Of a stretch of DNA of 64,000 bases, positions 61,301-64,000 are shown piece by piece. The translations under genes and the position numbers were made by a program. The notes under the pieces were generated by a model, which had not been told where the DNA came from, did not search any database, and saw only the letters and a list, made by a program, of their open reading frames with translations. The DNA comes from [Archangium] primigenium. GTDB lineage: Bacteria > Myxococcota > Myxococcia > Myxococcales > Myxococcaceae. The stretch lies in NCBI RefSeq assembly GCF_016904885.1, contig NZ_JADWYI010000001.1:7113224-7177223 (forward strand). Reading direction: 5' to 3'. Position 1 is the first letter of the stretch; each line of letters starts with the position of its first letter.

Positions 61301-61617
61301 AGCGCGTGCGTGTCCTGACGCGACTCGTGCACGGCCTTGAGGCCCAACAGCGCGGGACGCGGATCCTCGGCGAGCAACAGCGCGTGGCGCAGCAGCTCCT
61401 CGGAGCGCGTGGGATTGCGCAGACGCTCCTGCGCGAGCTGGCCCGCGCGCACGAGCACACGCGCCGCCTCGGCACCCGACGTCTCGCGGGCATGTCCCTC
61501 GTAGAGCCGGATGAGATCCTCGACGCGGCCCGCCTTCTCGAGCGAGGCCTCTACCTCGGCGAAAGGCCGGTCGGAGACACCACGCTCGGCGGGTCGGCGG
61601 AGGTTCGACAGATCCAT
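49348..61617 (-). CDS. Giant TPR-repeat protein (4089 aa), AgmK-like gliding-motility-complex protein
   Basis: Single uninterrupted ORF composed of TPR-like helical repeats throughout; size and AgmX-like neighbour match the M. xanthus agmK-agmX arrangement (established knowledge, not searched). Confidence 0.6.
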   Translation of the reverse strand: MDLSNLRRPAERGVSDRPFAEVEASLEKAGRVEDLIRLYEGHARETSGAEAARVLVRAGQLAQERLRNPTRSEELLRHALLLAEDPRPALLGLKAVHESRQDTHALVDVLERLGALSQGEEASAFFQQAATLHEQKLFRRDRAVLCLQRAVRASPDRATFKRARQLLLVEERFQPIFELLERERTTLGGDGMAEEYAAFCERLVEDPTEHALAERALAVLRQLEPTNARAEKVTQTLQRFEQSWRDRARTLRGMSLEERDRKSAARLSLLVAKLHAWFEPDSMEKVEEALERCFLLWPGMPDALNLIERLAERKGDFGPAQEWLEGLAGEARERTAQAELWLRLGTLRLTRLNDPAGALAAFEKATSVDPSRADVASLGAELLLEQDRAEDALVMLERSLGSVKDRTTQVSLRLRLADLCLQLRNGPAMRAHLETVLKLEPFNAQAAFLLARLLAEQEELSTLEPLLDLAMLAPRSRAERVALCETLASLYEEADNAQGAFEVLARALALEPTRPLLLESVMENASKAKAEPALATALRRAALVALPPEAAIPLWRHLAQLLQGPLADPAGAEAAWKEVLARAPGDSAAQEAVRTLRAAAALSADPKARLEAEIVRREAEGATPAELESMVRDLVKFAPDDPSSLRRLQAVCAAVSKVEEAAELAGRLSKLAETQVERSDWAARQARLFAERLNRSDEAATLFLQLLADNVSTGVVLGGLERLMAAKVRTAEIAEALARYYGRQGDPQRQAAALLQQLEVTSEPVARQRLFAQIANLQEKQLVDGRSAFDLRVRALRELPTDEVNRVELARLAHELSVHAELVRVLRTLAGETEAPALAVQLLSETAKLAEESKALPEAIGALEAALQRVPESSEVLGRLIALYGKAGRAAEADALLRKRILTATRAEKIDLLMQLVDLNAGLGRPLQAAEALQTAIQSGADEVRHLPLLAELYEKADRRPEWGEVLARQIALAEDAGDLDRVARLTLKRSQVLQDSTGDRTDVVRRFSDILRQRPSDVEARAELEGMLGTGAAREEAARALIPAYEATKDHRKLVTALDVLAEVARDDSARVLALRQTAQVYLTQLRQPELAFASLARALRLAPGDAALRAAARQAAEDADSLDSYAEILIELSEEGDSDTIRVGLLRELAEVQEKKLDDRAAALKSLRALLLLEPGSLDCLRALQRLHRAGEEWAALAEVLEKLAAAASEPSEQLAHLREAALLHESKLSDSESAANAWRAIAERDPLQREAAVALDRLYTELGRPKDLAWALGLRRTQEGQSPQGREVSFRLAELLRSSLGDPNASLQLYQGILAEDPGHPGARAALEEWVRAAVPMSVGALEVLDPVLARLGDHARRVALRETRLESALIAEKAQLTADIRRIYEQDMHQPSLAFMAAVKAFSQGVEREKLQPELERLARETGSHEMLAELYEEAGLDLPRGDSTALNLLRRAAELREQMGQTEEATSVWKRVLEDAPQDRQALEMLSRLYERGQNAKSLSEVYAAQSALATAPEERRALLVKAGEAHAAAGDDAKAIETWRSALAIRKAEDGLLALDKLFSRTKRPLEQADVLDQLAELATDNEARRGFILRRAQLLEKEGSHAEALSAYRALMGLAPGDPQAVAGLERMLQLDAQRVEAARLLEPVHRGLNDTRKLVEVLEILLPGTQPALRLERVQEIATLREALGQTSLAFAARLRAFNEAPQGEGVCDDLERLAADSGSFEEVAAAYEDQLDRGSTEPLAGDLWRRLAAIYDGRLKRYDLAVRALEEVSRRDPKNKQVLESISRVHRRTGAHRELALVMRRQVAAEPSLPAQVNLLFELAHLAEETLSDKALAAQTYRDVLERRPEDANALKLLGRVLTQMERWPELAQHIEREIQLTDARNALEEGSDLRVRLGRLKFSRLDDPRGALELYQDVLRRRAGHAGAVGALEEMARSDSPLRGQAAVALEPVFAAVGDHLKQVQMLESRVSAEPVPQERSVLLRRIAEMYAGPLENAEMAFLSATRSLREMPDDARTLELCLQLMDKAGAAEEFAAVLSEIAPRAGDAARAELYRALARLQARLGEDDESLASWRKVLTLSPTDTEALDSVVRLVSEQGTPQELLEVLRRQLASAEEPARRASVLLQIAVLQEAELQDGLGALATLRRLLDVKPDDAAALTRMDGLCQKLERWPELADVLARRIALVTPEEGLELKFRLAVVRETKLLDKAGALALYGAVLSVQPNHADTVGRLEALVQREPQNLLAVETLLRAFRASGDVARLASLIETRVGVSPDAHERKTLLGELATLRESQGEPELTFLALFRSFKEDPNDRELRARLENATDAAGSYDELVVAYEEALPRVAEVRDAAEMCLKLGYLFESRLREPERAIIYYERARTLDPSSQTRSLVALDRLYITLEAWEELAPVLEALAATAEQTADKVGFLFRLGQLAQEKLQSMDRAASAFEQVLALDASHLASARLLEGLYDAAGAQDKLYNILKLQSERVTGPERERVLMRMAQVSSEGLGQLDGAIDLYRELLAKNARNEQAFTSLEALYERAGRHEELRTLLAERLAQTLDPREVVRLNERLGQVLYRLLKQPETAVGHLKAALERDPRHRGVLDTLRELYEETGPAEELVGILRRLVPLQESAEGVKALRLRLAEVLSGVGRREEALDAARRALEVEPHAVADLERVHALFVSLRAYNDAVRALELKVQVHLQAEERDLAVATWFAVADLWSGAGNKPELAAGALEKVLELDPAHRDAYGRVCELYRTNNDWRAYAQVVDRYLPHLVTEEEKLATLKELARVQEERLGQKDVAFLALCRALQLDASDDTLREEVERLADETGSHEELAAVYEEVADALPRGPLAERMYATLARVHDLKLDDAQAAESSLRKILEFDPTNVTALDGLAGMFQRRGRSREYVVALEQKIEAADSIETRKSILREIARVHDEQGDPDESASALLRALDLEPDAETLGVLTALYRRQKAWKDVASTLMRARDLAATVEERARIQLDVASVYERDIGDDEPAVAAYRQALEFEPYNLQALESLERLHTRLDQPAELLAIYERMLEVITDYRERVRVLFRSASIWEDTYQNPANADAFIEGVLAIDPQNLQAIKTLIRLRRDQGRWEDLVVAYERQLQLATSTQEQAELYVEIGNVYHQQLKQVDRAVNTYHYALSMDPGCRPALHALGNLYERSGNWPYALDVLQQEAQLAGHTPEAVELYYRMGRMHEDMLMDSGSARTAYQSAIAIDPGHLASIRALKGIQEQEKDWGGYEQTLLQEAQQTEDAEAKAKALLEVARYNAETKGDPETATHYYEETLRYAPDSLEAAQPLSEVYSAREDWLACERMLDIVVRRMAERAIAEKDTALAAELCRQLYRLGYVADKLGNRGKALDSYKKAYDLDATYLPVLEGYGHLLVQHAKRYEDALRIFQTILIHHREELTDMEVVEVYWQLGDIHAKLNQTDRAQNHFEKALSVDSNHEASLRALVTLMDASGRWERAGDLRQQLAQVLEGEAKAKVLLDLGQLAREKLKDPYQAIDAYSGALKLVPESLEVLDALYVLLRETRQSQKAADMLQRMLRLPALASEPNKARRVWFALGELRRDELRDVDGAAEAFNTALDLDHRFIEAFSALEAMLGGAGQWRALEENYAKMIGRMPKTPDTHGARMGLWRALGDLYRQVLKNQENAVAAYGLVAKGLPDDASVQETYAELAAASPGKEDEAIAALRRALPHTTDTHKVCSQLVRLFARRKDYDGAWMAAQAVSGLLGEAGEDEKEILSRLGPYAKLKEVAQRALPDRMWQSHLLHPRLRGPFTELMGLLFEQIGHLYAVPFTNYQIIPKKHRIDLPSSQEYHVQHYRYVARLFGMDAVELYSPHLVARRENMAKRSNEPTPDPRLHVEVLQTHPACIRAGGRFFAEQGQKEAYYMLGRAFALARPELAWSQRLAPERLEAVVQAALSLVVPNLRLTVDPRGVDAERRVLEKGFSEQGRAALAKVARVYVPVATPADVRQYFDHVELTAARAGLLAAGECEPVKRMVLEETGSAFRVTPKAKLKELLVFATSEELRELRVAIGTDVEVQVRK

Positions 61618-61624
61618 GAAGAGA

Positions 61625-61690
61625 AAGCCTCGCGAAAAAGAAAGGGGCGGGAGAGCGGCACTTTATCGCCCGCTCCCCGCCCCTCGCAAT
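61625..61690 (-). terminator. Putative rho-independent terminator after gene 61718..63577
   Basis: Imperfect GC hairpin GGGGCGGGAGAGCGG...CCGCTCCCCGCCCC followed on the minus strand by a T-rich run. Confidence 0.35.
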
Positions 61691-61717
61691 CGCGTAAATC
61701 CCGCCAACTGTCGAGAT

Positions 61718-63577
61718 TTATTGGCTTTCTTGCCCGTCAGGGCCAGAAGCGGACGAGCTCTGTCCAGCGGTGGCCGTTTCGCCCGTCGCCGACTCCTCGG
61801 CTTCCTCGGCCGCGGCGGCCGCATCCGCCGGCCGCTTGGCGGGAGGCGTGGCGGGCAGGGACTGGGAGCGCTCCACGCCCGCGGTGTCGCCGAGCTTGGT
61901 GTACAGCTCGATGGCGCGGTCGCGCAGCTGCAGCTCCTCGGCGAGGGCCGCGGCCTTGGGCAGGTGGCCGATCTGCTCGTACAGACCCAGGGCCTTCTCC
62001 TTGCGACCGATCTCCTCGTAGAGCGCCGCCGCGGTGGCGGACTCGCCGAGCAGCTCCAGCCACCGGGCACGGCCCGCCGGCTTGTTCTCCGACTCGGCGC
62101 GCGCCAGTTCCTTCTGCGCGAGCGCCTTGGCCTCCTCGTCCAGCTTGAGCCGCTGCAGGAAGTGGAAGGCCTTGGGCGCCGGCAGCGCGCCGAGCACTTC
62201 CGCGGCGTCCTGACGGCGGCCGGCGGACACGAGCAGCGTGGCGGCGCCGAGCCGATCCCCGCGCTCCACCAGGGCCTTTACCTCGAGGTCCCGGATGCGG
62301 TTGGCGGCGGCGAAGTCGCGCGAGCGCTCGTACGCCTTGCGGGCCAGCGCCAGCTTGCCCGCGCGCTCATAGGCGAGCGCCGCCTGATCGAACTGACGGG
62401 CCCGCTCGTACAGACGCGCGACGTTCTCGAAGTCGCCCTTGCCGATGTAGATCTCCATCAGCAGTTCGTAGGCACCCGCCTTCTCCAGCACCTGGGTCAA
62501 CTGCTCGGCGGGCACCGCGGACGTGAGGCGACGAGCGGCCTCGTTGTCCTTGCCGGCCAGCGCCGTGCGCAGCGCGTCCTGGGTCTTGCCACCCGCCTCG
62601 AACAAGCGCGTGGCCTCGACGAAGGAGTTGTTGCGCTCGTGCATGCGCGCCGCGTCGCGGGTGCGGCCCATGCCCTCGAGCTGCTTGGCCTGCTCCTGCC
62701 AGTCGCCCGTCAGCTCGGGCATCGGACGCCGCTCGCCCTCGGGGCGCTCCCGCCGCTCCCGGCGCTCGCCCTCGGGACGGTCGCGACGCTCACCCTCGGG
62801 ACGATCGCGACGCTCCCGGCGCTCACCCTCGGGACGATCGCGACGCTCCCGACGCTCGCCCTCGGGACGATCGCGACGCTCCCGGCGCTCACCCTCGGGA
62901 CGCTCGGCCGCGGGACGCGCGGCGGCCTCCTCGCGCTCGGGCTCGGCGGCGCGGCCACTCAGTCCGAACGCCGCCGAGGAACGCTCCGCATCTCCCGCGG
63001 CGCGCCAGGCGCGACCGACCAGGTGGAGCACGTCGCCGTAGGCCTGGAACTTCTCCTTCGCGGGGTCCACCGCGGGGGCCGCCGGTGCCGGCGTCTCGCT
63101 CGCGGCGGGGGCCTCCGCGCCCTCGGCCGCCGGAGCGGCCTCGACCGCCGGAGCCTCGGCGGGCGCCTCGGCCGGAGCCGCCTCGGAGGGCGCCTCCGGC
63201 TGAGCCGGACGGGTCTGCCGCTGCACGCGCAGCAGCGTGGTCATGAGCCGACCCTTGACGTTGAGCTCCAGCTCGTCGAGCGACTTCACCCGCAGCGCGC
63301 GCAGCGAGCGCACGATGGCCTCGAGCGGCTGCTTCTGGCCGGAGAGGTCCGCCTTGCCCAGGGCCTTCTCCAGGGTGCTCAGCTCCGCGATGACGCGCTG
63401 CCCGGGACCCACGGGGCCCTCGGCCCGGTCCCGACCACGACCCCCGCGGCCCTCACCCCGGCCTCCGTCACGCCCTCCGAAACCTCCACCCGGACCATCC
63501 CGGCGAGGACCCTGACCGGGTCCAGCACCCGGGCCCCGTCCACCGCGAGGTCCACCGCTTCCATTCTCCTGAGGCAC
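61718..63577 (-). CDS. Hypothetical protein: disordered Gly/Arg N-terminus, tandem RPEGERRERRD repeats, TPR-like C-terminal half
   Basis: 619-aa ORF; helical repeat C-terminus (AYERAGKLALARKAYERSRDFAAANR). Confidence 0.4.
   Translation of the reverse strand: MPQENGSGGPRGGRGPGAGPGQGPRRDGPGGGFGGRDGGRGEGRGGRGRDRAEGPVGPGQRVIAELSTLEKALGKADLSGQKQPLEAIVRSLRALRVKSLDELELNVKGRLMTTLLRVQRQTRPAQPEAPSEAAPAEAPAEAPAVEAAPAAEGAEAPAASETPAPAAPAVDPAKEKFQAYGDVLHLVGRAWRAAGDAERSSAAFGLSGRAAEPEREEAAARPAAERPEGERRERRDRPEGERRERRDRPEGERRERRDRPEGERRDRPEGERRERRERPEGERRPMPELTGDWQEQAKQLEGMGRTRDAARMHERNNSFVEATRLFEAGGKTQDALRTALAGKDNEAARRLTSAVPAEQLTQVLEKAGAYELLMEIYIGKGDFENVARLYERARQFDQAALAYERAGKLALARKAYERSRDFAAANRIRDLEVKALVERGDRLGAATLLVSAGRRQDAAEVLGALPAPKAFHFLQRLKLDEEAKALAQKELARAESENKPAGRARWLELLGESATAAALYEEIGRKEKALGLYEQIGHLPKAAALAEELQLRDRAIELYTKLGDTAGVERSQSLPATPPAKRPADAAAAAEEAEESATGETATAGQSSSASGPDGQESQ
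62729..62905. repeat. Tandem 33-nt (one 24-nt) coding repeats, about 5.5 units
   Basis: cgctcccggcgctcaccctcgggacgatcgcga reiterated; encodes (RPEGERRERRD)n on minus strand. Confidence 0.65.
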
Positions 63578-63589
63578 GTGATTCTCCTG

Positions 63590-64000
63590 CTAGAACGCGT
63601 AGCGAAGGTTCGGCGTCAGCGCGAACCCGAAAGACTGAGACTTGACCAGAAAGCTGCCCGTCACCTCGACACCAATCGAGAAGTGACGGAGGCGCGTGTA
63701 GTACTCCACTCCCGGACCCAGGAACACCAGAATGTCGGGGTCGGGCAGGAGTTGCTTCGGCGAGAACAGGGCGTATCCCGCGCCGCCGCGCACGTAGAAC
63801 CAGGTGCGCTTGACGTCCTGGGCATCGGCGAAGCCCACCAGGTGCGCCCGCGCCACGACTCCCGGTACGAGCGTGGAGAAATCACCCGAGGCGGAACCTC
63901 CCGAGTTGCCCGTGTACTCCGAGCCCACGCGGTTGGAGGAGCCCTGGACGAACAGGCCGAGCGACAGCCGCTCTCCCAGGTCCACGCCGACTTCCACCGC
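63590..64000 (-). CDS. Outer-membrane beta-barrel protein, C-terminal part (5' end outside window)
   Basis: Alternating hydrophobic beta-strand pattern and terminal ...NLRYAF ending in Phe. Confidence 0.35.
   Translation of the reverse strand, partial: AVEVGVDLGERLSLGLFVQGSSNRVGSEYTGNSGGSASGDFSTLVPGVVARAHLVGFADAQDVKRTWFYVRGGAGYALFSPKQLLPDPDILVFLGPGVEYYTRLRHFSIGVEVTGSFLVKSQSFGFALTPNLRYAF

Noticed and set aside
52045-62148. 3367-aa ORF on the plus strand across the giant TPR gene, plus many 100-500-aa antisense ORFs in 47-61 kb
   Set aside because: Antisense to a clean 4089-aa TPR ORF; composition is homopolymeric Arg/Gly/Leu/Gln; no independent support.
1-64000. CRISPR arrays or cas genes
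   Set aside because: No regularly spaced direct repeats of 28-37 bp found; the only tandem repeats are coding (62729..62905) or the 10-nt triplet at 28085.

Overview
The window is about 69% GC and looks like Myxococcales chromosome, judged from an AgmK-like giant TPR protein next to an AgmX-like MJ0042-zinc-ribbon/TonB-C protein, a Myxococcus-type cysteine-rich lipoprotein, ffh and tRNA-Leu(TAA). About two thirds of it is accessory DNA. (1) 1-3.6 kb: an amidohydrolase fragment, small secreted or membrane proteins, and a PD-(D/E)XK-like nuclease gene. (2) About 3.8-28.2 kb: a siphovirus-like, probably defective prophage. It carries a terminase-nuclease paralog, terminase small and large subunits, portal, HK97 prohead protease, an HK97 major capsid gene split by an IS630-family insertion, head-tail connectors, a major tail protein, a G/G-T tail chaperone with a GGGAAAC -1 slip site, a second IS630-family insertion splitting a lipoprotein moron, the tape measure protein, a low-GC antisense TIR-domain moron in the tail module, an FN3 tail fibre, a sigma-70-like plus zinc-ribbon pair, and excisionase-integrase. 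No lysis, replication or repressor genes were recognised. (3) 28.2-37.4 kb: a P4-like integrative element (integrase, AlpA-like, DUF3987-like, zinc-finger/Toprim primase, XRE regulators, a low-GC 4-TM cargo gene). It is bounded by two copies of an approx. 105-bp repeat that contains the 3' 42 nt of a tRNA-like sequence; two paralogous integrases converge on the first copy. (4) tRNA-Leu and ffh. (5) A low-GC island at about 41.5-46 kb: a mosaic secreted repeat protein, a nest of IS5-, IS630- and IS3-family elements, and a RelA/SpoT-like nucleotidyltransferase gene paired with a MORN-repeat secreted protein. (6) Core genes: cysteine-rich lipoprotein, AgmX-like and AgmK-like (4089 aa) proteins, a tandem-repeat/TPR-like protein, and a partial outer-membrane beta-barrel. 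Many long antisense ORFs in the track are high-GC artefacts. All calls rest on reading the sequence and ORF track by eye; no database search was run.
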